Below, piece after piece: positions 43,655 to 62,384 of a stretch of 64,000 nucleotides of DNA. A program made the position numbers and the translations under genes. The notes beneath the pieces were generated by a model. That model was not told where the DNA came from. It saw only the letters and a list, made by a program, of their open reading frames with translations, and made no database searches. Source of the DNA: Escherichia phage vB_EcoM_P54; the sequence record PV390658.1, one strand, 5' to 3'. Each line of letters opens with the position of its first letter. Within the stretch, counting starts at the first letter, position 1.

Positions 43655-44758
43655 ATGACAATACTGTACAAACAAAATAAAGACGGCTCTTTTAACGTCT
43701 GGTCATGCGTTGCTGTAGGTGACAAAGTTATTACAACCTACGGTAAAGAAAATGGCAAGATGATGTTTGAAGAGTACACAGCAGAACCTAAAAACATCGG
43801 TAAAAAGAATGAGCGTAACGCTGAACAGCAAGCTCTCTTTGAAGTTGCTGCTAAGTATAAAAAGCAGGTTGACCGTAAAGGCTACGCTTACACAAAAGAG
43901 TCTGCACAGAATACTGAGAAGGTAGGTGTACAGCTTGCTCATGATGCTGCAAAGGTTAGTCATGCAAAGTATCTGAAGTTCCCTGCTGATGCTCAACCGA
44001 AACTTGATGGTGTCCGTTGTAGGATTTCAAGGCACTTGAGTATTGGCAGTGTATTTACAGCATATTCTCGTGAGAATACTGTTTACAAAATCCCTACTGA
44101 ACTAATACCTGACATTATGGCAATGTTAAGGCTCCACAAAGATGTTGATGAATTTGATGGAGAGATTTATGCTCATGGGTGGGACTTAGAAGATATCGTC
44201 TCCATGATTAAAAATGAAGACAATCCTGACAGACACTTGCTCAAGTTTTACTGGTACGATATCTGTGACAGTACTAAGACGTGGCCTGAGCGTAGAGATA
44301 TTATTGAGACTTCACCATTGAATGACTTTAGAGATGGCTGTAAAGTTGTTCCTGTTAAGTCTCGTCGTGTAAATTCTTGGGAAGAGTTTGATGAAGCCCA
44401 TGATAAGTGGGTTGAAGCTCAGTTTGAAGGTGCAATGTACCGTTCAATCTCTGAAGACTCCTTCTATGAGTGTTGTCACCGTTCATACTTCTTGATTAAG
44501 CACAAGAAGATGCACACTGAAGAGTTTAAAGTGACTGGTGTAAAGACTGATAAGCGTGGTCATGGCAAGTTCGTTGTAGAGACTCTTCCTAACGTCTTTG
44601 TAGATGTCTCATGGAAGACTACTCATGAGAAGAAACAGTATCTTGCTGAGCATCCTGAAGAGTTTATCGGGAAACCTTTAACGGTTCAGTTCCAGAAGAT
44701 GACTCGTAAGGGGTCTTTACAGTTCCCTGTTGGGCTGGTTATACGAGATTATGAATAA
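43655..44758 (+). CDS. ATP-dependent DNA ligase
   Basis: Adenylation motif I KLDGVRC (KxDGxR); size typical of T7-type ligases; start at ATG 43655 after AGAGGAA SD. Confidence 0.8.
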   Translation: MTILYKQNKDGSFNVWSCVAVGDKVITTYGKENGKMMFEEYTAEPKNIGKKNERNAEQQALFEVAAKYKKQVDRKGYAYTKESAQNTEKVGVQLAHDAAKVSHAKYLKFPADAQPKLDGVRCRISRHLSIGSVFTAYSRENTVYKIPTELIPDIMAMLRLHKDVDEFDGEIYAHGWDLEDIVSMIKNEDNPDRHLLKFYWYDICDSTKTWPERRDIIETSPLNDFRDGCKVVPVKSRRVNSWEEFDEAHDKWVEAQFEGAMYRSISEDSFYECCHRSYFLIKHKKMHTEEFKVTGVKTDKRGHGKFVVETLPNVFVDVSWKTTHEKKQYLAEHPEEFIGKPLTVQFQKMTRKGSLQFPVGLVIRDYE

Positions 44759-44764
44759 AAGTTG

Positions 44765-44792
44765 TTGACATAGAAAATTTGGTGAGTATACT
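44765..44792 (+). promoter_or_regulatory. sigma70-like promoter
   Basis: TTGACA (44765-44770), 16-nt spacer, TATACT (44787-44792). Confidence 0.55.
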
Positions 44793-44798
44793 GAGCAG

Positions 44799-44977
44799 CA
44801 TAAACCAACGGGTACTCACCAGCATCACTTAAGAGTCTTCTAAGAAGGTTTTTAAGTGATGCTCGGTCAGGTATGGTGCGGTGGTGTAAGGTGGTGTCAG
44901 GTGTAGTATGGTGCGGTGATGTGAGGTATGGGTAGTTAGTCTCAGCTACATTAAAATGAGACTTACCTTTTTAAAAG
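44799..44977 (+). ncRNA. candidate small structured RNA (about 175 nt)
   Basis: Downstream of the promoter at 44765; 12-bp stem AGCATCACTTAA/TTAAGTGATGCT (44821-44863); GGT-phased tract; hairpin AGTCTCA-GCTACATTAAAA-TGAGACT (44938-44963) followed by a T-rich run; no ORF. Confidence 0.35.
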
Positions 44978-45760
<783 letters not shown>

Positions 45761-45762
45761 TT

Positions 45763-46203
45763 ATGAATACAAAAGCATTAGCAGCAAAGTTTAGTTACGG
45801 TGACACTGTATCACATTCTGAGATGGATACCTTCTTAGGTATTGCGAAGCCAACTTATCAAGGTGACATTGTTAAGTACGAAGATGAAATGAAGGCTTAT
45901 GCACTTACACGTCTAAACCGACTTGAGAAGTTTATTGAGAAGCTCCTTAAAGAAGAGAAGATTTATCTGGTTGCTTCAATGGGTGTTGGTTATCGTGTGG
46001 TTGAGCCTAAGCATCAAGCAACTATTGCAAAACGCAAAATGTCTGGTAAGATTGGTCGTGCTTTAAAGCAAGCCACTCAAGCAATTGAGAATGTGAACAC
46101 TATGGCACTTAGCCATCAAGAACGTTCACGACTGATTGAACAGCAAAACCATTTAGCTGCTATGAAAGCTAACATTAACAAGCAACGTAGAAAACCTTTC
46201 TAA
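45763..46203 (+). CDS. hypothetical protein (146 aa)
   Basis: ORF from the track, followed by a terminator. Confidence 0.55.
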   Translation: MNTKALAAKFSYGDTVSHSEMDTFLGIAKPTYQGDIVKYEDEMKAYALTRLNRLEKFIEKLLKEEKIYLVASMGVGYRVVEPKHQATIAKRKMSGKIGRALKQATQAIENVNTMALSHQERSRLIEQQNHLAAMKANINKQRRKPF

Positions 46204-46212
46204 GTTGACTAG

Positions 46213-46238
46213 GTAGCCTCTTCGGAGGCTCCTTTTTA
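46213..46238 (+). terminator. rho-independent terminator (plus strand)
   Basis: AGCCTC-TTCG-GAGGCT hairpin followed by TTTTT. Confidence 0.65.
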
Positions 46239-46500
46239 AAAGGTCTTTAAGAGGGTCTTTTAATAAGGCTCGGCAATGTTCGGCATGGTCTGGTATAGTC
46301 CGGTGCTGTTCGGCGTGGTAAGGTGAGGTATGGGTAGTTAATCGGAGCTACATTAAAATTCGATTACATCACTTAAGAGTCTTCTAAGAGGATTTTTAAG
46401 TGTTGTGAGGCGAGGTACGGTCGGGTATGGCTATGTCTGGTATGGTTTGGTATGGAAGGATGGCAGCAGCCTTATAAAAAATCTGCCAAATAAGCTATAA
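46239..46500 (+). repeat. paralogous copy of the GGT-phased structured module
   Basis: Shares with 44799-45157 the box TTAAAAGGTCTTTAA.AGGGT.TTTTAATAAGG, GGT-phased tracts, GGTATGGGTAGTTA...GCTACATTAAAA and CACTTAAGAGTCTTCTAAGA; hairpin stem changed compensatorily (AATCGGA/TTCGATT versus AGTCTCA/TGAGACT). Confidence 0.55.
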
Positions 46501-46579
46501 AATCTGTTGACAAGTCAGGTGTTATAGCTTATTTTTATACTCAATGTAATACAAAATTTAATATAACTTTGAGGTCATT

Positions 46580-46963
46580 ATGAAAAAGATTTTATTAGCT
46601 GCTGCAATGGTTATGGCAATGAATTTACCAGTCAATGCAACAGAACTCCCAAATGTGGACTTATCAGGTGTTCCAGAAGACACTTGCCAGATTGTTAAAG
46701 GTGTTGCTCTAGCTAATGGTGAGCTACTTAAACCAATCTCTGAAGAATCTTTGACAGAGATGACTGATAAGGTAACTGACTATCAGTATCGTGTTCTTGC
46801 AGAGTATTTCCTGCAATCTGCAAACATTAAAGAGAAACACCGTGATGATATTGATGTACAGGCTATGCTCAACCACCGTATCCAGTTTAAAGAAGACTTG
46901 ATGCAAAAAGCTATGTATGGTGTTGAGTATTTCTTAGAAAACAGAAGCTGCACAGGTATTTGA
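46580..46963 (+). CDS. secreted/periplasmic protein (127 aa)
   Basis: Signal peptide MKKILLAAAMVMAMNLPVNA; TGAGGT SD. Confidence 0.55.
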   Translation: MKKILLAAAMVMAMNLPVNATELPNVDLSGVPEDTCQIVKGVALANGELLKPISEESLTEMTDKVTDYQYRVLAEYFLQSANIKEKHRDDIDVQAMLNHRIQFKEDLMQKAMYGVEYFLENRSCTGI

Positions 46964-46964
46964 T

Positions 46965-47177
46965 ATGGCTCTTAAAAAGTTACATCCCAGAAGCGGTTAT
47001 GGTAAGATAATTGACGATACAGACGGCTTTACAGTCTTTACAGTTATCTGTCAAGATGATTCACAGATTGAAAAGGCTCTTGATGATTATCTTAACGATG
47101 AACGTGAAAAGGTTAGAGCTACAAACATAGATTCATTGATTGACACTTCACGCAAACGGAAGAAGAAAGATGAATGA
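46965..47177 (+). CDS. hypothetical protein (70 aa)
   Basis: ORF from the track. Confidence 0.45.
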   Translation: MALKKLHPRSGYGKIIDDTDGFTVFTVICQDDSQIEKALDDYLNDEREKVRATNIDSLIDTSRKRKKKDE

Positions 47178-47469
47178 GACTTTTGACCCTTATGCTCCAC
47201 AAGATGATTGGGAGGCTGACAGAGAGGCTGAAATGGAGAGTTATATTTGCCCAATGGATGTAGACGAAATGAGAGACTTCGTTGCACATCGTTTTAAGAG
47301 AGAGATTAAATCCAGAGGTCTTTCTCAAGAACAAGTTGCTAAAATTTGTGGTATCTCTCAAGCTCGTGTATCCAACATAATCAACCTCACTGGTAATGTC
47401 TCTCTTGAGTTTATGTTGGAAGTATGTGAAAAATTTGGTGTTAACTTTAATTTAAGGCTGGCAGATTAA
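47170..47469 (+). CDS. helix-turn-helix (XRE-like) DNA-binding protein (about 99 aa)
   Basis: LSQEQVAKICGISQARVSNIIN matches an HTH motif; start moved to ATG at 47170 after GGAAG. Confidence 0.55.
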   Translation: MNETFDPYAPQDDWEADREAEMESYICPMDVDEMRDFVAHRFKREIKSRGLSQEQVAKICGISQARVSNIINLTGNVSLEFMLEVCEKFGVNFNLRLAD

Positions 47470-47470
47470 T

Positions 47471-47830
47471 ATGAAACGTGAAAACATTATCCACTCTGAA
47501 AACTTCGCATTAGGCTTTTATGGTGTACCTACTCACCTTGAAAAGTATTACGGTGTAAAGATTCTTTCCAACCTCATTATGGCTTACAAAGATGGTAAGA
47601 TTAAGCATACTGAGAAGAAACGTGTCATGGGTTACATGGCTGTAGGTTCAGCAATCTCAAACATTAAGCTGGAAACAACTAGCAGTAAGATTGTGAAAGA
47701 CCACTTCATCAAAGAGCTTTACCAGAATCTTGATGGTGTAGATGTTCAGGCTGTTTGGCTGGATGTTGATGGTCATAACTACACAAGTTTCGTTTTCAAA
47801 AACGATGACATCAAGTGTCTGTTCCCATAA
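47471..47830 (+). CDS. hypothetical protein (119 aa)
   Basis: ORF from the track. Confidence 0.5.
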   Translation: MKRENIIHSENFALGFYGVPTHLEKYYGVKILSNLIMAYKDGKIKHTEKKRVMGYMAVGSAISNIKLETTSSKIVKDHFIKELYQNLDGVDVQAVWLDVDGHNYTSFVFKNDDIKCLFP

Positions 47831-47843
47831 TAGGTGATGAATT

Positions 47844-48359
47844 ATGATTGATATCTACTTGCAAGATGCTCATGCAGACTTCCTTAAATTGATGCTTAAA
47901 AAGTTTATGGCTTCACAGTATGAGAATGAAGCATCTTTTAAAATAGTTACATGTGGCGACGAAGCTGGTTTTGTTGAGATTGAACATGAAGGCACTGGAA
48001 AGACTGTTTGCAAGTTACCTGATAGCATGTTCTCTAGCACATTCTTAGCAAAGACTAGCATAAATGTTAAGCTTGTACCTCAGATTGAAACATACTCTGG
48101 TACAGATTACCCTAAAGGTTTTAAGTCACTGATGAAGTACTTCTTAGATGACTTTGTGAGTAATCTTCTGAGAGAGGTAAAAGAAAGCCGTACAGTGTTG
48201 ACTGTAGAGAATATGGGAGGCACTATAAGGGTTACTTCTGACTGCTTTGTTATGAGCCTTTTCGACTTCGTTCCTAAGAACTTTGATGGTATTCTGGATG
48301 AAGAAGATGACTGCGTAGACTTTATATTGGTTCTTGAACCAGTTTTTGAGGTTAAATAA
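47844..48359 (+). CDS. hypothetical protein (171 aa)
   Basis: AGGTGA SD; ORF from the track. Confidence 0.55.
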   Translation: MIDIYLQDAHADFLKLMLKKFMASQYENEASFKIVTCGDEAGFVEIEHEGTGKTVCKLPDSMFSSTFLAKTSINVKLVPQIETYSGTDYPKGFKSLMKYFLDDFVSNLLREVKESRTVLTVENMGGTIRVTSDCFVMSLFDFVPKNFDGILDEEDDCVDFILVLEPVFEVK

Positions 48360-48620
48360 ATGAAAATTGAGCACTGCTATGAGTCTGATGGAACACCTAT
48401 ACGTTGTCCACATTGTGGGTGTACAGACTTGCAAGGTGAAGTTCATGTGATTGTTAATGGTCATATAGCTGAAGAAAGTACTACATGTGTTGGTTGTGGT
48501 GAGCATCTATCATTCTGGGCTTACGGTTCATACCAACCTACACCGCACTTAATCTACCATAGCAATAAAGCTGTGAAGAGTGTTATCAACTGGTTCATTA
48601 AGAAAGGATTTACAAAATGA
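48360..48620 (+). CDS. small zinc-ribbon protein (86 aa)
   Basis: CPHCGC ... CVGCGEH motifs. Confidence 0.5.
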   Translation: MKIEHCYESDGTPIRCPHCGCTDLQGEVHVIVNGHIAEESTTCVGCGEHLSFWAYGSYQPTPHLIYHSNKAVKSVINWFIKKGFTK

Positions 48621-49162
48621 TTAAATTAATCTTTGCAAGTGGTGAAAATGGTGAGTTTGGTACTCCAACTGGTATGCCGTGGCCTCGACATAAACAGGAC
48701 ATGCAAGAGTTTAAGAGACTCACTAAAAATAACTTAGTAGTTATGGGTAATGAGACTTTTAAGACTCTGGGAAGTAAGCCTTTACCAGAACGTGCAAACC
48801 TCATCTTAACAAACTCTGTACCATATTTAGGCATAGATTTTGGCAAAGATGATGTAATGTATGCTAAGGCCAACAAAGAATCCTTTGGAGCATTTTTGAA
48901 GTATCTTGATAGTTCTATTGATGAAGATGTCTTTGTAATTGGTGGTGCAGGTGTTCTTGTCGATGCTTTGCCGTATGCTGATGTAGTTTTCCATACAGTT
49001 TTCCATAAAGTTACTGAAGAGGCCACTGTGTATTTACCTTTTGAAAACTTCTTCGATAAACTGTATGATAACCGTGTATTTGCAAAGGTGCAGTCAAGAC
49101 CCTCAGATGATGGTAAAGCAACCTTTGAAATCTATGTTCCACAAGTAAAAGGACACTTTTGA
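48617..49162 (+). CDS. frd: dihydrofolate reductase
   Basis: N-terminus IFASGENGEFG...MPWPRHKQDMQEFKRLT...VVMGNETFKTLG resembles FolA (AMPW...F...IMGR.T..S.G); directly upstream of thymidylate synthase. Confidence 0.85.
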   Translation: MIKLIFASGENGEFGTPTGMPWPRHKQDMQEFKRLTKNNLVVMGNETFKTLGSKPLPERANLILTNSVPYLGIDFGKDDVMYAKANKESFGAFLKYLDSSIDEDVFVIGGAGVLVDALPYADVVFHTVFHKVTEEATVYLPFENFFDKLYDNRVFAKVQSRPSDDGKATFEIYVPQVKGHF

Positions 49163-49163
49163 T

Positions 49164-50063
49164 ATGTCACAAGCTGATTTGAGTTACAAAAATATCCTGA
49201 ACCATGTTTTATCCGTTGGTGAACTGCGTACTACACGAACTGGAGATGTTATCTCTGCATTTGCTCCACCACAGTTTCGTTTTGATATGAGAACTGGTTT
49301 CCCACTCTTAACATCTAAACAGGTGTTTACAAGGCAAGTTATTGGGGAAGCTTTATGGTTCATGAATGGTGAGAACAGGCTTGGTGAACTCCGTTATCGC
49401 ACTTGGGGTGAAAATGATGGAGAACGCTGGACTATCTGGTCAGATGATTTTAAACGCTGGTTAAGCTCTAACTATTCTTCTGAACAAGATTGGTTAGAAG
49501 ATGCAGGCGGAAGAATCTATGGAGTTCAGTGGAGAAACTTTGAAGGTCATAATGGTTGTGTTGTAGACCAGTTAGAAACCTTAGTAACGAAGATGAAGGG
49601 TGATATTACAGACCGCTACATGCTTGTTAATGCTTGGAATGCAGCAGATATTGCAGCTAACTCAATGGCTTTAGCACCTTGTCATGTTCTGTTTCAGGTT
49701 TATATCACTAATGAGGGTGAAGTTGACTTGCAATGGTATCAGCGTTCTGTAGACACCTTTTTAGGACTTCCGTTTAACATTGCATCTTATGGTTTTATTC
49801 TGGAAGTTCTTTGTAAGATGACTGGATACACTCCACGGTACTTGATAGGTGTCTTTGGAGATACTCAGATTTATCAGAACCATATGAAGCAGGTTTATGA
49901 ACTGATGAACAATGAAGAGTTTCATGCACCGACTTTTGAGATTGGTGTCCCACTTAACACTTTAAGTGACTTAAAACATCTCACTGCAAGTGATTTTATC
50001 GGTGGTATTAATAATTACCAACATGCAGGAAAGATTGAAGCACCTTTGTCAGTAGGTAAATAA
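49164..50063 (+). CDS. thyA: thymidylate synthase
   Basis: ALAPCHVLFQVY active-site Cys motif, RTGTG-like RTGD, FLGLPFNIASY, GDTQIYQNH; near-collinear with E. coli ThyA. Confidence 0.92.
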   Translation: MSQADLSYKNILNHVLSVGELRTTRTGDVISAFAPPQFRFDMRTGFPLLTSKQVFTRQVIGEALWFMNGENRLGELRYRTWGENDGERWTIWSDDFKRWLSSNYSSEQDWLEDAGGRIYGVQWRNFEGHNGCVVDQLETLVTKMKGDITDRYMLVNAWNAADIAANSMALAPCHVLFQVYITNEGEVDLQWYQRSVDTFLGLPFNIASYGFILEVLCKMTGYTPRYLIGVFGDTQIYQNHMKQVYELMNNEEFHAPTFEIGVPLNTLSDLKHLTASDFIGGINNYQHAGKIEAPLSVGK

Positions 50064-50065
50064 AA

Positions 50066-50098
50066 CAAAAAAGGCTCCCGTAAAAAGGAGCCTTAAAC
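50066..50098. terminator. bidirectional terminator between convergent units
   Basis: AAGGCTCC-CGTAAAA-AGGAGCCTT hairpin flanked by an A-run and a T-rich run; convergent genes end at 50063 and 50100. Confidence 0.6.
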
Positions 50099-50099
50099 T

Positions 50100-50471
50100 T
50101 TACTTTTCAGTATTCTTTGTGTTCTTTTCAGTAATAGCTTGGAGGGCTGATACTGATTGAGCCAGATTGTTCACACTATCAGAGAATTTATCAAGAGTCT
50201 TAGTAAGTTTTGCGTTCTCACCCTTAACATTCTCTAACTGGACTTTCTGGTTCTCCATCCCTAGCTGAAGCAGCCTCATATCAGACTGTAAATCACGAAT
50301 AGCTGAATAATTACTTTTGGAATAATTATCTAACTGCTGTAACTTTGTTGTGATAGACACTTCTTGCTTACCATCCGAGACTTGCATGGTGGTATACATC
50401 CCAATAACACTAAAAATACCAACTACAATTGCACCAATATTATTTTTAAAAGCTTCCTCTAGCCACTTCAT
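50100..50471 (-). CDS. membrane-anchored coiled-coil protein (123 aa)
   Basis: N-terminal transmembrane helix IGAIVVGIFSVIGMY then heptad-rich region. Confidence 0.5.
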   Translation of the reverse strand: MKWLEEAFKNNIGAIVVGIFSVIGMYTTMQVSDGKQEVSITTKLQQLDNYSKSNYSAIRDLQSDMRLLQLGMENQKVQLENVKGENAKLTKTLDKFSDSVNNLAQSVSALQAITEKNTKNTEK

Positions 50472-50665
50472 TTATTCTCCCCCTTAAAAGCTTTTTCTAA
50501 GTTATCTACGAACTCATCATCAATAGGTGTGTCTGTTTTACTCGCAAGGTATCTTGCAAGCCTAAAGAACACTTTCTCAATCATGTATTCACTTAGAAGG
50601 GATAAAATGAGTTTCCAGAAGAAGCTACCTAGATTTTTTAGAAGAATTGCTAGGATTGTAGGCAT
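50468..50665 (-). CDS. small membrane protein (65 aa), holin-like topology
   Basis: Hydrophobic N-terminus and charged C-terminus; just downstream of the tail fiber genes. Confidence 0.4.
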   Translation of the reverse strand: MPTILAILLKNLGSFFWKLILSLLSEYMIEKVFFRLARYLASKTDTPIDDEFVDNLEKAFKGENK

Positions 50666-50743
50666 TTAATCACCTCATCAGCCAAGATGGTGAGAATACC
50701 CATAAAAATATTAACACCATCTTAACAATCAGTCAACAAGGGA

Positions 50744-53131
50744 TTAAGCAGTTCTTACCCAAGCCATTAACTTATAGAACTGGTTAGTAACACTAAATGC
50801 TGAACCAGAACCTGTACTACCAGTGTTACCACTAACTGTGTGGCTGTGAGCACCAATACCTACAGAGTGGGAATGGTCACCAGCACCGCTTGTAGTACCA
50901 GACCATGTGTGTGTATGGTTACCAGTTGTGTTAGTGTTAGGGAACTTGTTATCTCTTCTATCAAGCCAGTCAAGCGTTCTAGGGAGGCTGTTACCAACTG
51001 TTGTATATCCGTACAAAGCATCACCACCATTAACCAATAGCAGACCTAAGTGGTGAGCGTGGTTACCAGCAGCACTTGTTGTACCACTTACAGAGTGAGT
51101 ATGACCACCAGTACTATTAGTGCCCTTCGTACCATAATCAAAAGATGAAGTGGTAGCAGAGAAACTGTGAGTGTGTGATGGTAAGTTACCAACAGCTAAC
51201 GTCACAGAATCTGAACCACCTGTTGTAGCAACATCTGAACCGTTTGCTGCTGCGATTCTGATAGTTCTACCAACACCATTGTTCAGGTACGTCCAAGTTA
51301 GACCAGGAAGTGCTGTATTAGGGTCAACATTACTGTTAAACCACGTTACAATACCTACTGGATAGATTTTATTAAGGTCTGTAGAGTCACTAATTGCTGT
51401 TGCAATTTTCTGGTCAGTTTCTGCTTTAGTGTATGCACCAATCTCTGAAGGGGTTGGTCTCTGAGCTTCGGTGTAAACCTTAGACCATACATCCTCAAAA
51501 CCAAGTGCATCTCTGGCTGTTCTGTACCACATCCCACCATTTTTGTACCTAAACTTTAATTGTGCAGATGGTGTAGAGGCTTTCGTATTACAAAACAGGT
51601 TTAAGACTAAGAGTTCTGCCCCACCATCACTTGTTGATTCAGTGTAGATTCCTGAAGGTTGGTTCCAAGCTACACCACCTTCAGTCTCTTTTACCAGACC
51701 TCTGGATGCTGACCAGAAATACTTCGAATCAGTTTCTGATTTACCGTAGTATCTTGCATCAATGTTAGCCCAATCAGAGGGTTGAACTTGACCATTGATT
51801 TTCACTGTTTTATTTAGAAAAAAGTCATCTTGCATAAAAATAGTGGTCCCAGCTTTATCATTGTGGATAATGAGTTTAGATGGGTTTTCTACCTCGCCAT
51901 TCCCGATGTACCATCTTCTCACATTATCAGCGTTATAACCAGCAAAGTATAGTGCATTATCCTGAACAGTGTTTCTTAGCTGTAACGATAGGTCATCTTG
52001 GAGAATAACTTGTGTAGACCTGAAAATGTTCATGTCACTGAGTTTAGCAAGATTACTCAAAGTAGCTGCTGGAATGTATCTAGAGTCAATGTTAGTCCAA
52101 TCAGAAGGTTGAACTTGACCAGTGATTCTCACAGTCTTAGTAGCACTAATCACATCTGACAAAGAGATGGTTGTGCTTGTGCTGTAGTTGTGCAGATTAA
52201 CTACAGAGTCAGAAGTATCAGTCCCTAAGTAGAATTTGCTTGTACCATCAGCCTTCACTCCAAGTAGGTATAGTCCGGTTGCATTAGAGGCATTCTTAAT
52301 AACTAACGCAGCATTATTTCTGGTAATTTTGAACTCACCTACAAAATTATTAATACCACTAAAGGTGTTATCACCAGCTAGCTGTGCAAATCTCTGATTA
52401 GCTACTGTCTGAGTAAAGTATCTAGCATCTAAGTTAGAGAAGTCAGAAGGTTGAACTTGACCCATGACTCTTAGTGTCTTGTTAAATGACGCTGTTGCGT
52501 CAAGGGTTAACATTGAGCCAGTGGCATGATTGTACAGATAAACATTAGTGTTGTTTGCATTTCCCTGTCCAACATACCACGTTTGCTGGTTATTAGCATC
52601 TCTACCCTGAATATATGAAGCTCCTGCATTCGTTGCTTTCTTAAGGGTTAACTGCTCACCATCAGTTACAATTGCTTGCCTAATGTTGAAGTTATTTGTT
52701 ACAGCCAGCCTTGCATATCTTGCATCATTCTCTTCATTAGTTCTCATCCCAAGTTCATTAGGGCTTGGTTTATTCAGAGTATGATAAACAGTTGCCGACC
52801 TTGAAGCATCTGCAATAGTCAGTTTAAGGCCATTTGCGTTGATTTTAAAAGTCTTTAAAACATCCCCAATAGTAACCTCAGAAGAGCCTGTTGGGTTAAA
52901 GACTACCTTACCACCATAAAGTAACTTAACAATCCCTAAATCACCCGTCATGGTACTACCAGCAATCTGAACAAACCTTTCAAGTTTAAAAGATGCTAAG
53001 AAGTCTTGATAGGTCATTCGACGGTCTTCATCACCCAGCATTTCAGGTCTCTTTTTAACTCTGACATGAAGAAGGTCATCTGAACGGATTGTGTCGATTG
53101 AGTTTAATTCACTCAACTTGTAATCTGCCAT
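50744..53131 (-). CDS. long tail fiber protein (795 aa)
   Basis: Three internal repeats GQVQPSD(F/W)xN(L/I)D(A/S)RY; C-terminal Gly/Ser/Thr/His-rich region with GHTHS/GNHAHH/GDHSHS His-x-His boxes. Confidence 0.75.
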   Translation of the reverse strand: MADYKLSELNSIDTIRSDDLLHVRVKKRPEMLGDEDRRMTYQDFLASFKLERFVQIAGSTMTGDLGIVKLLYGGKVVFNPTGSSEVTIGDVLKTFKINANGLKLTIADASRSATVYHTLNKPSPNELGMRTNEENDARYARLAVTNNFNIRQAIVTDGEQLTLKKATNAGASYIQGRDANNQQTWYVGQGNANNTNVYLYNHATGSMLTLDATASFNKTLRVMGQVQPSDFSNLDARYFTQTVANQRFAQLAGDNTFSGINNFVGEFKITRNNAALVIKNASNATGLYLLGVKADGTSKFYLGTDTSDSVVNLHNYSTSTTISLSDVISATKTVRITGQVQPSDWTNIDSRYIPAATLSNLAKLSDMNIFRSTQVILQDDLSLQLRNTVQDNALYFAGYNADNVRRWYIGNGEVENPSKLIIHNDKAGTTIFMQDDFFLNKTVKINGQVQPSDWANIDARYYGKSETDSKYFWSASRGLVKETEGGVAWNQPSGIYTESTSDGGAELLVLNLFCNTKASTPSAQLKFRYKNGGMWYRTARDALGFEDVWSKVYTEAQRPTPSEIGAYTKAETDQKIATAISDSTDLNKIYPVGIVTWFNSNVDPNTALPGLTWTYLNNGVGRTIRIAAANGSDVATTGGSDSVTLAVGNLPSHTHSFSATTSSFDYGTKGTNSTGGHTHSVSGTTSAAGNHAHHLGLLLVNGGDALYGYTTVGNSLPRTLDWLDRRDNKFPNTNTTGNHTHTWSGTTSGAGDHSHSVGIGAHSHTVSGNTGSTGSGSAFSVTNQFYKLMAWVRTA

Positions 53132-53145
53132 TATAAATTTTCCTC

Positions 53146-53168
53146 TTAAAAGGGGCTATAAAGCCCCT
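53146..53168 (-). terminator. hairpin between the two tail fiber genes
   Basis: Minus strand TTTACA then GGGGCTTTATAGCCCC then UUUU. Confidence 0.45.
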
Positions 53169-53177
53169 GTAAAGAAA

Positions 53178-54365
53178 TTAAGCTGTTCTCTGCCATACAT
53201 ACAGTACGAAGGATGGCTGTTCAATGTTGAAAGCTTGTCCACCACCAACACTGTTCGTGTTTCCACTATGCGTATGCTCAGAAGAAGAAACTGTCACAGT
53301 ACCATTGTGCGTATGTGAACCAATACCAACTGTGTGACTGTGAGCACCAATACCCACCGTATGGTTGTGGTTACCAGTTGTATTAGTGGTAACGCTAAAA
53401 GAGTGGGTGTGTGCACCAGCGACTTCACAGACAACATCTGCTGAGTACCATGATTGGTCATTCCTTGAAGACCAGACCATTGCAGGTCTTTCCGATAGAC
53501 CACCACCCGATTCATAGGTCAATCTGTGGTTGTGAGCACCAGCAGCACTTGTTGACCCACTACCAACGTGATTGTGGTTACCAGTTGTGTTAGTAGTCTT
53601 TGTTCCATAGTCAAAAGAGTTGGTAGTCTTAGTCCCATAATCAAAAGCTGAAATTGAAACAGTTGCATTATGAGTATGACCACCACCACTAAGAGATACA
53701 GAGTGTGAGTGTTGAGGCATGTTATTAACTGACAAAGTGACAGTTGAAGCACCAAATACAGAACCTGCTGGCCTTGTATCAGAGTCATAACCAACCAACG
53801 CCCTACCTTTTGAAACTAACTCCCAAGTACCTCCACAAATTAAGTATGTAGAAGGGTTTGCAGAGTTCATAGAAAGATGGATAGTACCTACTGGATAAGA
53901 AGCCTGAACAGCCTTGTACAAGTTATTTACTGCTCTTGCTGTAGCATACTTATCTGCATCTTCATTATAAAGGTTAGATGTTGTCCAGTTCTGAACATTA
54001 CTTAAACCAACCTGTGCCTTAGTTGTATTGTGTGGGTTACTCTTGTCCTTGATATGTTGCTGGACAAGGTTATTAACCTCTTCTGAAGACATAATCTGTA
54101 GATTTGCTCTTGCCTCAGCTACATTAACAATATCTGATAAGTTATTTGCAGCAACTAACTGAAGAGCATTAATAACATTATCTAAACCAATTTGTGTTTT
54201 AGTAACACCATGAGGGTTATTTTTTAGGCTTGCGTGTGGAGCAAGTAATTGCTCAAGAGTACACCTCTTATCCTCAATACCCTGCTTAAGATGGAAGATA
54301 TCACTAAGGTCAATTGGTAAGGCTGCTTGAGGCAAGGCACTAATTTGAATTTCACCTACTGCCAT
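53178..54365 (-). CDS. tail fiber protein (395 aa), paralogous C-terminal domain
   Basis: C-terminal His-x-His boxes (QHSHSV, GGHTHN, GNHNHV, GAHTHS, GAHSHT, GSHTHN) and ending WQRTA like the 795-aa fiber (WVRTA). Confidence 0.7.
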   Translation of the reverse strand: MAVGEIQISALPQAALPIDLSDIFHLKQGIEDKRCTLEQLLAPHASLKNNPHGVTKTQIGLDNVINALQLVAANNLSDIVNVAEARANLQIMSSEEVNNLVQQHIKDKSNPHNTTKAQVGLSNVQNWTTSNLYNEDADKYATARAVNNLYKAVQASYPVGTIHLSMNSANPSTYLICGGTWELVSKGRALVGYDSDTRPAGSVFGASTVTLSVNNMPQHSHSVSLSGGGHTHNATVSISAFDYGTKTTNSFDYGTKTTNTTGNHNHVGSGSTSAAGAHNHRLTYESGGGLSERPAMVWSSRNDQSWYSADVVCEVAGAHTHSFSVTTNTTGNHNHTVGIGAHSHTVGIGSHTHNGTVTVSSSEHTHSGNTNSVGGGQAFNIEQPSFVLYVWQRTA

Positions 54366-54367
54366 TA

Positions 54368-62383
<8,016 letters not shown>

Positions 62384-62384
<1 letters not shown>

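Noticed and set aside
50840-53794. Short ORFs inside the two tail fiber genes (50840..51040, 51171..51365, 51355..51540, 53294..53515, 53411..53593, 53519..53794)
   Set aside because: Products of repetitive Gly/Thr/His-rich coding sequence read in other frames; embedded in long fiber ORFs.
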